NCBI GenBank assembly: GCA_964497535.1
Contig: CAZCCG010000002.1
Location: forward strand, 169,297 to 233,296
Length of the DNA: 64,000 bases
Direction: 5' to 3'
Origin: an uncultured Gammaproteobacteria bacterium
Lineage (GTDB): Bacteria; Patescibacteriota; Microgenomatia; Levybacterales; UBA12049
The notes under the pieces were generated by a model. That model saw only the letters and a list, made by a program, of their open reading frames with translations. It searched no databases and had not been told where the DNA came from. The translations under genes and the position numbers were made by a program. Of this stretch, positions 1 to 9,085 are shown piece after piece. Within the stretch, counting starts at the first letter, position 1. Each line of letters starts with the position of its first letter.

Positions 1-354
1 ATGAGTCTGAGGCATCGGTCCTTCTTTGGCATCAATAAGAAGCAGGGCTCCATCTGCCATTTTCAATACCCGTTCTACTTCTCCACCAAAATCAGCATGA
101 CCTGGAGTATCAATAATATTGATTTTGATTCCTTCAGGATCTGCTCCGGTGAGAACAGGATCGTGCCAGATAACTGAGGCATTTTTGGAAAAAATAGTAA
201 TTCCACGCTCCTGCTCCAGCTCATTACTATCCATAATAAGAGTCTCGGATACATCTTTTTTGAGCTTAGTTTTGGATTGTTTTAACAACGCATCCACCAA
301 CGTAGTTTTTCCGTGGTCAACGTGAGCAATAATAGCCACATTCCTTATCTTCAT
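1..354 (-). CDS. typA: Translational GTPase TypA/BipA, N-terminal part (gene continues upstream of the window; start codon at 354)
   Basis: Reverse-strand translation begins [24 protein letters not shown]...[13 protein letters not shown]...[17 protein letters not shown], matching the G1–G3 motifs and overall N-terminus of BipA/TypA. Confidence 0.85.
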   Translation of the reverse strand, partial: MKIRNVAIIAHVDHGKTTLVDALLKQSKTKLKKDVSETLIMDSNELEQERGITIFSKNASVIWHDPVLTGADPEGIKINIIDTPGHADFGGEVERVLKMADGALLLIDAKEGPMPQTH

Positions 355-509
355 AATATATAAACACCCTCCCAGGTTTCCTTTTGGCACCTCGTGGGTG
401 ACTCAAGGCGTTTTTGGAGGGTTATAAATCTCCTTCATTATACCAAATTTCCCTTCAAACAAGCAAATAACAGCCTCTAGGTATTTTTAACCTTTCCGGT
501 ACAATTGAT

Positions 510-1181
510 ATGGTATTATTAACGATATCTTTTATTACCATGAAAAGTACTCTCTTATTCTTTGCTGCTATTATTGTTGCCGCAGTACTAGTTATCGCCA
601 TATTCAATAGGCCTACTGCTCAAAAACAAGAACCACTCATCAGTCCTATTGCAACCTCGGGTGGATTTTCTCTGGAGCAGGCTCCCAGTAAATCTTTGAA
701 AGGGACTATTTCTTTTACCGGATCTTTAGAGTGGCAATCACGAATAGCTACTATGCCGGCTCTCCTTACCCAACCGGTATCATTACAACAAGGTGAGATA
801 ATAATTACAAAAGATACCGGAAGAGCTACGATAGAATTTCCAAATGCCGTAAGCATCTCTGCTTCTCCCAATACTGAGATTGAATTTATTCAGACGTTAC
901 CCGATAATTTCGTCGTCCTACAACGACAAGGCAAAGCAGATTATAAAAAGTCAGGAACAACACCGCTTTCTCTTCGAATCCTGGGAATGATTCTCAAACA
1001 AAATGAGGGGGAAATTTCTGCGTCAATTGACGACACCGGCTCACTGCTTACTATTTCTGTAATAAAAGGATCAATAACAGCAGCCTACAACGATGTAGAT
1101 TATCTGAGTAATGTCCTTACTGTTTCAGAAGGAGAAACCCTCACGTTTGATAACGAAACCAAAACAGCCACTATCAATTAG
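510..1181 (+). CDS. Hypothetical membrane-anchored protein (N-terminal TM helix, extracytoplasmic domain)
   Basis: 223-aa ORF with a hydrophobic N-terminus (LLFFAAIIVAAVLVIAIF); no recognisable family. Confidence 0.5.
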   Translation: MVLLTISFITMKSTLLFFAAIIVAAVLVIAIFNRPTAQKQEPLISPIATSGGFSLEQAPSKSLKGTISFTGSLEWQSRIATMPALLTQPVSLQQGEIIITKDTGRATIEFPNAVSISASPNTEIEFIQTLPDNFVVLQRQGKADYKKSGTTPLSLRILGMILKQNEGEISASIDDTGSLLTISVIKGSITAAYNDVDYLSNVLTVSEGETLTFDNETKTATIN

Positions 1182-1236
1182 CAGTTAGCAGTTAGCAGTT
1201 AGCAGTTAGCAGTTAGCAGTTAGCAGTTAGCAGTTA
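1179..1236. repeat. Heptanucleotide tandem repeat (CAGTTAG)x~8 immediately 3' of the stop codon, followed by an AT-rich inverted-repeat region (1260–1390)
   Basis: Direct reading of tagcagttagcagttag...; the flanking AT-rich segment carries aattttcaatttta / taaattgaaaatt inverted copies between convergent genes. Confidence 0.9.
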
Positions 1237-1402
1237 ATTATCCCAACATTTGTATATAGCTATGGCACAAGGCAATTTTCAATTTTAAGTTTTCAATTTT
1301 AAATGAAATCTTAATTTGAAATATTTAAAACTTTAAACATTTACTATTCAATGAAAATTTATAATTTTAAATTGAAAATTACTTACCCTTGATACCCTTT
1401 AA

Positions 1403-2569
1403 CTATTTATACCCCTTGAGTGGATCTAAAATTGTGCTGCTTTCATATCCCAGTGCCCAGAGAGCCAAACCGCCTAATTTATTGTTCCGAGTAAAATCGA
1501 TTTTTGCCTGAGTCGACTGTGCTGTTGGATAAAACAACTGGTGAAAGGTACCCGTATCCGTATCCTGATACGTAATATATGATTCCTGGGCATCCTGATC
1601 GAAATGTGCACTACATGTTGTACAGTATGATGCAAGCTCTTGCGCCCGACTACTACTGGCAGTTAATCCGCTACCGGGCAAAACAACTGAGTGAGGATTT
1701 GAATCAATTGTTTCCCATTCATACCCGTAGAGAGGAACACCCAAAATGAGTTTGCGGGAGTCAATTACTTCCAATGCTTTTTGCATAGCCGTCTGGGTAT
1801 CATACTCTGCTGTTATACCTGCACCACCCAGAGGAGCAACAGGGCCAGTAACATATGAACCAATATAATGAAAGTCATAAGCCATAACCACAACAGAGTC
1901 GGCAATCTCACCGGTAATTTTCGGATCAATTAATGTTTTTTTAATAAGATCCTGCCCGCTTACTTCAACAGTCAGTGTCCCCAGCTTTCTGGCATCTACC
2001 TCTTCTTTAACTGTTTGTAAAAACTGTCTGAAATGCATTCTGGCTTCATCGGATGCTTGCTGGGTACTTTCAATATCTAAATTAAGATCGGTAAAACCAT
2101 ATTTTTTCATAATTGGCTCGGCATCTCTTACCAAACGTTTTGCGTGAGGTATGGGATCACTTACTAATTGGTCTATTGAATCACTATCGCCGTTGAAAAT
2201 AAGAAGGGATAAAGAAACATTATTTTTTTTCGCAGAGGATAAATAAGGATCTAAATTGCCTGAGAAAAGCGCATGCCACCCCGGTTCTTCTTCCTGCTCA
2301 TTTGCCAGTTTTAAAATACTTCCGTCACTCCCAAGATTGAGCCCAAAATAAGTAAGCGTGGTTATATATGATGAATAGTCAGTTTTTGCTTTTCCAACGA
2401 GCCAATACGGTAAAAATCCAATCACCTGCTTTTTCGCAATAATATCCTGGAAATCAAATGAGTTATTCTTAAAAGGTGTATAAAAAGTGATAAAAATCCC
2501 AAGAATGATACCGATGACAATTCCACAAAATAAAACAATACTTTTTTGAAGCATACACCATTTTATCAC
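1403..2569 (-). CDS. Glycoside hydrolase family 18-like protein (chitinase/YaaH-like), N-terminal membrane anchor
   Basis: N-terminal TM; GH18-like core around FTDLNLDIE resembling the DxxDxDxE catalytic motif with N replacing the middle Asp; TIM-barrel-like length. Confidence 0.55.
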   Translation of the reverse strand: MIKWCMLQKSIVLFCGIVIGIILGIFITFYTPFKNNSFDFQDIIAKKQVIGFLPYWLVGKAKTDYSSYITTLTYFGLNLGSDGSILKLANEQEEEPGWHALFSGNLDPYLSSAKKNNVSLSLLIFNGDSDSIDQLVSDPIPHAKRLVRDAEPIMKKYGFTDLNLDIESTQQASDEARMHFRQFLQTVKEEVDARKLGTLTVEVSGQDLIKKTLIDPKITGEIADSVVVMAYDFHYIGSYVTGPVAPLGGAGITAEYDTQTAMQKALEVIDSRKLILGVPLYGYEWETIDSNPHSVVLPGSGLTASSSRAQELASYCTTCSAHFDQDAQESYITYQDTDTGTFHQLFYPTAQSTQAKIDFTRNNKLGGLALWALGYESSTILDPLKGYK

Positions 2570-2601
2570 CTTTCCTTTTAAGTAACGTTATATAAAAACT
2601 T

Positions 2602-3291
2602 TTATCGAAGTACTTCCCTAACTGTGGCTTGTGCAAGTATTTCCATTGTATCGTAGATCTGTATCTCTTCATGTTTTGGAACAATAAGTTGTAGATCTGT
2701 ACAAGCAAGAATTATCGTCTTGAGTCCTTGAGAAGAAAAACTTTCAATTATTTGCAATAGTTCTTCTTTATCTTTTTGAGTATGTTTGCTATGAACAAGA
2801 TGATTGATAATAGCAGTTACTCTTGACTGATCTTCTTCACCTGGAGTCTGGATGGTAATACCTTTTTCCGCAAGTCTTTGGTCATACAACTGTTTACGAA
2901 TGGTTGCTGAAGTTGCTAATATTCCAACGTCTGTTATTCTTTTCTCTTCCAAAAACCGTACTGTTTCATCAATTATACTTAAAACTGGGATTTTAACAGC
3001 CTTTATTATATCTTTAATAAAAATATGGACAGAATTACAGGGTATTACAATAAAATCTGCTCCCCCATCTTCTAGGCGTTTGGCTGCATCCAAAAGATAA
3101 GGAAGATATTTTTCTTCACCCTCAGCTTTTGCAATGAAGTCTTCTTCTATTTTATAAGGAAGCGGAACATTCCAAATAAGCATAGGCGGTCTTGTTTCTT
3201 TATTTTTCTCAAAAGTTGAAAATACTACTTCCAGGTAAAAGTTAGCAGTGGTCTGCGGACCGAGTCCTCCAATAACACCAACAGTTTTCAT
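2602..3291 (-). CDS. Aspartate/glutamate racemase family protein (aspartate racemase-like)
   Basis: N-terminus MKTVGVIGGLGPQTTANFY typical of Asp/Glu racemases; ~230 aa. Confidence 0.8.
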   Translation of the reverse strand: MKTVGVIGGLGPQTTANFYLEVVFSTFEKNKETRPPMLIWNVPLPYKIEEDFIAKAEGEEKYLPYLLDAAKRLEDGGADFIVIPCNSVHIFIKDIIKAVKIPVLSIIDETVRFLEEKRITDVGILATSATIRKQLYDQRLAEKGITIQTPGEEDQSRVTAIINHLVHSKHTQKDKEELLQIIESFSSQGLKTIILACTDLQLIVPKHEEIQIYDTMEILAQATVREVLR

Positions 3292-3341
3292 AAAACGATT
3301 ATAGCAGAGTTGACCCTTGGGATTCGGATTGAGAAGAATAG

Positions 3342-4460
3342 TTATTGTGCGGAGAGATTGTGGGTGATGGTTTCCAGAATGGCTGGGATTCCTTCCCCTG
3401 ATTTGACAGAGACAAACAAAGGGGAATACATACGGTATTGTTCCAGTAATTCTTTGGTATCCAAATCCGGTACCCGATCTGTTTTATTAAAAATATAGAT
3501 AACATTATCGGTATTTCTTCCCATTTCTTTGAGAATATCATTGACTACCTGGATTTTTATATCCCGCTCTGGATCTGATACATCAATAACATGAAGCAAA
3601 ACATCTGCATGGAGCGATTCCATCAGGGTGGACTTGAATGCTTGAATAAGACGAGGCGGCAAATCACGAATAAACCCTATGGTATCTGTAATAAGGATCT
3701 CACTTTTTAACTGAGGAAGATATATCTTGCCAACAGCACTATCCAGTGTCGCAAAAAGCGCGTTCTCAGTCAGATTATGTTTCCCACTGAGTTTGTTAAA
3801 CAGAGAACTTTTCCCTGCATTGGTATATCCGATGATTGAGACAGTTTTGAATCCGGCTCGTTTTCTTCGTTCCAATTGCTGCTCCCGGGTTTTGCCCAGC
3901 TTTGCAAGCTGCTCTGTAATCTTTTTTATCTCATCCCGCCAATGACGTTTCATCAGCTCTGTATTGGTCTCTCCAACTCCCACTGTACCGATACCGCCGC
4001 CTTGTCGTGACATGACAAAGCCCATTCCGTAAATTCGTGGTCCCATATACCTCATGCGGGCGAGTTCTATTTGCAATTTTGCTTCAGTAGTTGTGGCATG
4101 TTTATCAAAAATATGCAGTATTAAATCTACCCGATCCCATACATCAATCTGAGGATTTTCTTTTTGTAATATACCTTTCAGATTATGGATCTGCCCCGGC
4201 TTGGCCATGGCATTTAAAACTACTACATCAACCTGTTTTTGTTTTACTATTTCTGCAACTTCTGCTGCTTTTCCTTTTCCAATATACGTTGCATGATCAG
4301 GCCGATCCATTCTCTGTACCACCCGCTGTACAATCGTTGCCCCCAGCGTTGTAATCAAAGACTCCAATTCTTCTCCAATATGAATCGCGTGTTCTTTTTC
4401 AAGACGCGGATCAATAACATGAATCGGAATTATTTGAAGTGTTTTATTTGTTTCAATCAT
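3342..4460 (-). CDS. hflX: GTPase HflX
   Basis: HflX N-domain followed by a GTPase domain with P-loop IGYTNAGKSSLFNKL, TLD and NKTD motifs. Confidence 0.85.
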   Translation of the reverse strand: MIETNKTLQIIPIHVIDPRLEKEHAIHIGEELESLITTLGATIVQRVVQRMDRPDHATYIGKGKAAEVAEIVKQKQVDVVVLNAMAKPGQIHNLKGILQKENPQIDVWDRVDLILHIFDKHATTTEAKLQIELARMRYMGPRIYGMGFVMSRQGGGIGTVGVGETNTELMKRHWRDEIKKITEQLAKLGKTREQQLERRKRAGFKTVSIIGYTNAGKSSLFNKLSGKHNLTENALFATLDSAVGKIYLPQLKSEILITDTIGFIRDLPPRLIQAFKSTLMESLHADVLLHVIDVSDPERDIKIQVVNDILKEMGRNTDNVIYIFNKTDRVPDLDTKELLEQYRMYSPLFVSVKSGEGIPAILETITHNLSAQ

Positions 4461-4562
4461 AGCACAAGGATTATACCTTATTTACACACATCCGGTGTGT
4501 GCTAGGTAGACACATCGGGATTTCAATGGTCCAGCACTCAAAAAAAGTGTTATACTTACTCC

Positions 4563-4901
4563 ATGGAAGAAAAAGAACAAGAGCTAAAAATTGAAGATCT
4601 CAAGGAGGGTACTGGCCCGGCAGTAAAAGATGGAGATACTGTTGTGATGCACTATACGGGCTGGCTTGAAGATGGGACCAAATTTGATTCATCACATGAC
4701 CGCAATCAACCATTTGAGACAAAAATAGGAGTTGGGTATGTTATCAAGGGATGGGATATGGGAGTACCAGGTATGAAAGTAGGAGGAAAAAGAAAACTGA
4801 CTATTCCCTATCAATTAGGATATGGAAAATACGGAGCGGGAGATGCAATCCCAGGTTTTGCAACCCTTATTTTTGAAGTCGAACTCCTCAAAATTAAATA
4901 A
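4563..4901 (+). CDS. FKBP-type peptidyl-prolyl cis-trans isomerase
   Basis: [18 protein letters not shown]...[30 protein letters not shown]...[12 protein letters not shown] is a canonical FKBP domain. Confidence 0.9.
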   Translation: MEEKEQELKIEDLKEGTGPAVKDGDTVVMHYTGWLEDGTKFDSSHDRNQPFETKIGVGYVIKGWDMGVPGMKVGGKRKLTIPYQLGYGKYGAGDAIPGFATLIFEVELLKIK

Positions 4902-4960
4902 AGTGCCTCATTTTTTTTGATCTCTTGCATACTATGCTTTCTTCATTTATACTGCTTCTA

Positions 4961-5080
4961 ACATCAAGAGTGATAGATGAAATGCTATCCGGCAACCGAA
5001 GTATTTACGGTGCCAGTTCCAAATAATTGGAGATGCGGCGAGAGCAAAATACCAAAACCTCTCGCATGAGAGGTTTTTTT
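4961..5080 (+). promoter_or_regulatory. SAM-I clan (S-box-like) riboswitch leader of metK with terminator/SD-sequestering expression platform
   Basis: Conserved S-box strings ATCAAGAG (P1 5'), GATGAAA…CCGGCAACC, GGTGCCAgTTCC and AGATG (P1 3', pairs with CATC). It is followed by hairpin CCTCTC-gcat-GAGAGG (5058–5073) plus T7 (5074–5080) abutting the metK ATG. An upstream CGAGAG could form an antiterminator. Confidence 0.7.
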
Positions 5081-6184
5081 ATGAGAAATTATTTTACTTC
5101 AGAGTCCGTATGCGCAGGACATCCTGACAAAGTATGTGACCAAATAAGTGACGCAATTGTTGATGATGTTCTCTCCCAAGATAAAAACGGTAAAGTCGCA
5201 ATAGAAACACTTGTTACCCAAAACCAAATCACAATAGCCGGAGAAATAAAGGCTCATGCCAAACCTAATTTTAAAAAAATAGCCCGACGAGAAATAAAAA
5301 GACTCGGTTATACACTCCCAAAATTAAAATTTACTTCAAACTCTCCCATTTCTTTGTTTGTCCATGCACAGTCACCCGAAATCGCAGTTGGTGTTGAAAA
5401 AAAAGGAGCCGGGGATCAGGGAATGATGTTTGGGTATGCCTGTAAAGAAACCAAAGAATACATGCCGCTTCCGATTATGCTTGCCCATGCCCTCTGCCGC
5501 CAAATTGATACCCTGAGAGAGTCAAAAAAACTGCCATATTTGCTACCGGATGGCAAAAGCCAGGTAACAGTTCGCTATCAAAAAGGCAAACCCGTTGCAG
5601 TAGATCGGGTAATACTGGCTGTTCCCCATAGTGATATGGTACAACTCCAGCAAGTAAAGCACGACATTTACAAACAGGTTGTTATACCGATACTGCAAGA
5701 ATACGGATACAATACACATGAAAAAGATGTCCTGGTAAATGGGACGGGTGTCTGGCATTTCTCCGGTCCCGCAGCTGATACAGGAGTAACAGGCAGAAAG
5801 ATTGTTGTGGATACCTATGGAGGGTATGCCAGAGTTGGGGGAGGAGCCTTTTCAGGAAAAGACCCAACCAAAGTTGATCGCTCAGGAGCATATGCTGCCA
5901 GGTATTTAGCAAAAAATATTGTTGCTCATGGATTGGCGCAGCAGGCAGAGGTACGACTGGCATATGTTATTGGTAGAGCAGAACCGCTCATGCAAGAAGT
6001 TGAAACATTTGATACCAATACCGTTTCACAAAAAGCACTCATAGAATTTATGAAAAAACTCCTCGATTGTTCGGTAGAAGGCATTCTCAAGGGTCTTGCG
6101 TTACAACAACCTCTTTACCTACCTTGCGCAGCATACGGACATTTTGGAAGGTCACAGTTCCCCTGGGAAAAAATCGTGAAATAA
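5081..6184 (+). CDS. metK: S-adenosylmethionine synthetase
   Basis: MRNYFTSESVCAGHPDKVCDQISDAIVD matches the MetK N-terminus; the GAGDQG motif is present; the ATG at 5081 is preferred over the ORF-track TTG at 5027, which would read through the riboswitch. Confidence 0.9.
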   Translation: MRNYFTSESVCAGHPDKVCDQISDAIVDDVLSQDKNGKVAIETLVTQNQITIAGEIKAHAKPNFKKIARREIKRLGYTLPKLKFTSNSPISLFVHAQSPEIAVGVEKKGAGDQGMMFGYACKETKEYMPLPIMLAHALCRQIDTLRESKKLPYLLPDGKSQVTVRYQKGKPVAVDRVILAVPHSDMVQLQQVKHDIYKQVVIPILQEYGYNTHEKDVLVNGTGVWHFSGPAADTGVTGRKIVVDTYGGYARVGGGAFSGKDPTKVDRSGAYAARYLAKNIVAHGLAQQAEVRLAYVIGRAEPLMQEVETFDTNTVSQKALIEFMKKLLDCSVEGILKGLALQQPLYLPCAAYGHFGRSQFPWEKIVK

Positions 6185-6264
6185 GTCCTAGATATCAGTA
6201 TGTAGAGCACAAAAACCGCCTTTCTTACAGCCTCTAGCAATTTACAGCAAGATGTGTTATACTG

Positions 6265-6642
6265 TTGCCACAAAAGAAACCTATGAGAAAAATATTACTT
6301 TCAATCGTCCTTGCAGTCCTTATTACAGTTGGTGTCGGAAATCAACCAGCCTTTGCCCAGGTTTATCCGGGACCTCAGGCTCCTTATAATCAACCCATTG
6401 GTCTTCCTAACCCATTTCCGGGTCCTCAGCCATACGCAAATGACTACTATAGACAATATTATGCATATTTGGCCGCATATCAAAAATATATCATGGATTT
6501 TTATCGTTCTTATCAACAACCCTGTGCCGCCCCCTTGCCTTGCGGAGGTCAACCAGGTCCCTATCAACAACCATACCAGACCCCGGCAAATTATTATCCT
6601 CAACAACCAGGATTTTCTAACCCCTATCTCCAAATGTATTAA
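6265..6642 (+). CDS. Small secreted Pro/Gln/Tyr-rich low-complexity protein
   Basis: Signal peptide (MRKILLSIVLAVLITVGVGNQPAFA) followed by PGPQ/YQQP/YY low-complexity sequence; composition-based call only. Confidence 0.45.
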   Translation: MPQKKPMRKILLSIVLAVLITVGVGNQPAFAQVYPGPQAPYNQPIGLPNPFPGPQPYANDYYRQYYAYLAAYQKYIMDFYRSYQQPCAAPLPCGGQPGPYQQPYQTPANYYPQQPGFSNPYLQMY

Positions 6643-6669
6643 TCTTCTGGATCCTATAGAAGGTCACTT

Positions 6670-6939
6670 TTAGCATCTCCCCCGACAATATCTACTTACT
6701 GGATAGGTGTATGAGTAGGAATAATAATAAGGATAGTAGGTATACGTAACAGGGTAATACCAATAGGTCGGATAGTAATAATAGCTTACCGGATAATAAT
6801 ACGTTGGATATGAATACCATGCATGTGCAGACTTTACACTTCCTAATCCCGCAGATATCGCTATGACTACACTCAAAAGTATCATCAGAATAATTCTCAT
6901 AATACCTTTTACCTTACTATCCAAGAATATATTTTTCAA
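6670..6939 (-). CDS. Small secreted tyrosine-rich repeat protein (YYP/YTY repeats); probable true start at internal Met (~6900)
   Basis: Signal peptide MRIILMILLSVVIAISAGLGSVKSAHA followed by WYSYPTYYYPVSYYYYPTYWYYPVTYTYYPYYYSYSYTYP. Confidence 0.45.
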   Translation of the reverse strand: MKNIFLDSKVKGIMRIILMILLSVVIAISAGLGSVKSAHAWYSYPTYYYPVSYYYYPTYWYYPVTYTYYPYYYSYSYTYPVSRYCRGRC

Positions 6940-6981
6940 TCAAAATTCATTTAAAAATTTGTAAGAAAAAGAGGAAGGAAA

Positions 6982-7440
6982 CTAAAAAGATACGGCGATC
7001 GTACCGGATTTTGACATACCGGTAGTTGTGGTAGCATCATAATGGATCGTTGCCTGACGGGTATCCTGATCCAAAATGCCCTTAAATACAACATTTCCAT
7101 CTACAGTCAGTATTCCCAGCGGGCATGATATCGCACCTGTACCTGTAAAATCCTTCTGTGACGGGCCGGCATAATTTCCTGTGATTGTTCCATTACAGTC
7201 CCCGCTTATTTTCCCGGTGAGGGGTCCGCCGTTTTTAGGAGTAGTCATATCAATAGTTATATTCATACCCATAGCAGTAATAGTTTTTTTGATAGCTATA
7301 GTCTCTTGGGGAGACACAGTTACATGCTCTTGAGTAACGACCGGTTGGATTTGGGTATGTGAGGCAAATGGCAAAAGTGAGGTTATACCCAAAGCAAAGG
7401 TAGTAATTCCTTTTGATAATCCTTCAAAAAAGTATTCCAT
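6982..7440 (-). CDS. Hypothetical secreted protein
   Basis: 152-aa ORF, hydrophobic N-terminus, Gly/Thr-rich; no family recognised. Confidence 0.45.
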   Translation of the reverse strand: MEYFFEGLSKGITTFALGITSLLPFASHTQIQPVVTQEHVTVSPQETIAIKKTITAMGMNITIDMTTPKNGGPLTGKISGDCNGTITGNYAGPSQKDFTGTGAISCPLGILTVDGNVVFKGILDQDTRQATIHYDATTTTGMSKSGTIAVSF

Positions 7441-7516
7441 ACTATTATTATAACAGATCCCTGAATCGGTAATGTGGACTACAGATTGTCTACCCTTCTC
7501 GCTTTAGAATAATTAT

Positions 7517-7744
7517 GTGGCAGAAAAATATCAAGGATCTAACTATTTTGCAGAGCTAGCAAAAGAATCGGTTAAACGACTAGCGGCAAGACAACAAAGA
7601 GAAAGAAGACCAGATGCAGCCTTGACCCCTGAAGGTTTTGATCTATACCCACGAGCAGCATATTCAATAGATCAACTCCGTCATCAAATGAAACATGGGA
7701 TTGAAGAACCAATCTTCCCGGAATTTCAAGATTTGGAGGAATAG
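7517..7744 (+). CDS. Small hypothetical protein (75 aa)
   Basis: Only ORF in this intergenic gap; charged, no homology recognised. Confidence 0.25.
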   Translation: MAEKYQGSNYFAELAKESVKRLAARQQRERRPDAALTPEGFDLYPRAAYSIDQLRHQMKHGIEEPIFPEFQDLEE

Positions 7745-7755
7745 ATAGATAATTC

Positions 7756-9027
7756 TTAGCGTATAATCAACGCTTCACGCTTGGGACCCGTGGAGATATA
7801 CTTAACCGATACTCCGGTTAGTTTTTCCAGTTTTGCGATATACATCTTTGCATTTTTCGGTAAATCTTTGTAATTGGTTATCCCCTGTGTTGATTGTTTC
7901 CAGCCCTTCATTGTTTTGTAGACAGGTTTTACCTGTGATAAAAAGACATCATCACCATCATAGTAGCTCACTTTTTTCCCATTGTAGGTATAGCCTATAC
8001 AAATTTTAATCGTTGGAAAACTATCCAATATATCTAATTTGGTTAAAGCAAGCGAGGTAAATCCCGACAACTCTGCGGCAAATCGTACCAGCGCGGCATC
8101 AAACCAACCACAGCGGCGAGGTCGTCCGGTTGTCGTCCCATATTCCTGACCAATCTCACGCAGTTTTTCTCCATCTTTATCAAATAATTCTGTCGGAAAA
8201 GGACCTGCGCCTACTCGTGTTGTATAGGCTTTGGTTACCCCAATCGTTTCTGTAATCTCACGAGGCGCGATACCCGCTGCAGCATTAATTCCTCCCGGTA
8301 CTATTGTTGATGCAGTGACAAATGGATACGTGCCCCAATCATTATCCAAAAATACCGCTTGTGCTCCTTCCAAAAGAAATGTTTTCTTCGTTTTCAAATC
8401 TGTGTGAAGCCGGGAGAAAAGTTCTTTGACAAAAGGCGCAATAATTTTTCTTAAAGGAGCATACTGTTTCTCTATTTCTTTTTGATTGAGCGGTTTTTGG
8501 GAAAAAGCTTTTAGAATTTTGTTTTTCACACGCAATTGTATCTCAAGTTTTTGTGCAAATCTCTTTTTGTCTAAAAAGTCAGATATACGAATACCGTTGT
8601 AACTTACTTTATCCGCGTATACAGGACCGATTCCCCGTCCTGTGGTACCAGTTTTTGCTTTTCCTTTGGCCTCTTCAAAAAGTTTGTCAAAAAGCTTATG
8701 GTAAGGGAGAATCAGATGACAACGGGGAGAAATAAAGAATCGATTATCAAGCTGTATACCTGCTTCTTTCAATAACTTGATTTCATCAACCAAAACTTGT
8801 GCATCGATTACGACACCGTTACTGATATATGACGTTGCCTTTTTGGAAAAAACTCCTGAAGGGATAAGATGAAGGGGAAATTTACCGTATTCGTTAATTA
8901 CCGTATGGCCTGCGTTGTTGCCTCCGTTAAAACGGATTACATAATCAAGGGTTGGGGATAACGCGTCTATGACTTTTCCTTTCCCTTCGTCTCCCCACTG
9001 AGAACCAAGAACTACAATAACTGCCAT
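7756..9027 (-). CDS. purA: Adenylosuccinate synthetase
   Basis: N-terminus MAVIVVLGSQWGDEGKGKVID is the PurA P-loop signature; 423 aa. Confidence 0.92.
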   Translation of the reverse strand: MAVIVVLGSQWGDEGKGKVIDALSPTLDYVIRFNGGNNAGHTVINEYGKFPLHLIPSGVFSKKATSYISNGVVIDAQVLVDEIKLLKEAGIQLDNRFFISPRCHLILPYHKLFDKLFEEAKGKAKTGTTGRGIGPVYADKVSYNGIRISDFLDKKRFAQKLEIQLRVKNKILKAFSQKPLNQKEIEKQYAPLRKIIAPFVKELFSRLHTDLKTKKTFLLEGAQAVFLDNDWGTYPFVTASTIVPGGINAAAGIAPREITETIGVTKAYTTRVGAGPFPTELFDKDGEKLREIGQEYGTTTGRPRRCGWFDAALVRFAAELSGFTSLALTKLDILDSFPTIKICIGYTYNGKKVSYYDGDDVFLSQVKPVYKTMKGWKQSTQGITNYKDLPKNAKMYIAKLEKLTGVSVKYISTGPKREALIIR

Positions 9028-9085
9028 GCAACCTTACGATTGTATCATGAAGAATTCTAATTGCAAGAGATTAACTCAGGCAAAA

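Noticed and set aside
1179-1236. Possible CRISPR array (regular short repeats)
   Set aside because: The unit is only 7 nt with no spacers; this is a microsatellite, not a CRISPR.
5027-5080. ORF-track TTG start extending metK 18 codons upstream (MEMRREQNTKTSRMRGFF)
   Set aside because: The extension would be translated from within the riboswitch/terminator hairpin. The MetK homology begins at MRNYFTSES (ATG at 5081), which is preceded by the GAGAGG Shine-Dalgarno.
6301-6673. Antisense and alternative-frame ORFs (110 aa minus; 120 aa plus) overlapping the Pro/Tyr-rich secreted protein gene
   Set aside because: They have no signal peptide or coherent composition. The 6265..6642 frame has a clean signal peptide and low-complexity repeats. 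Retained only as a caveat.
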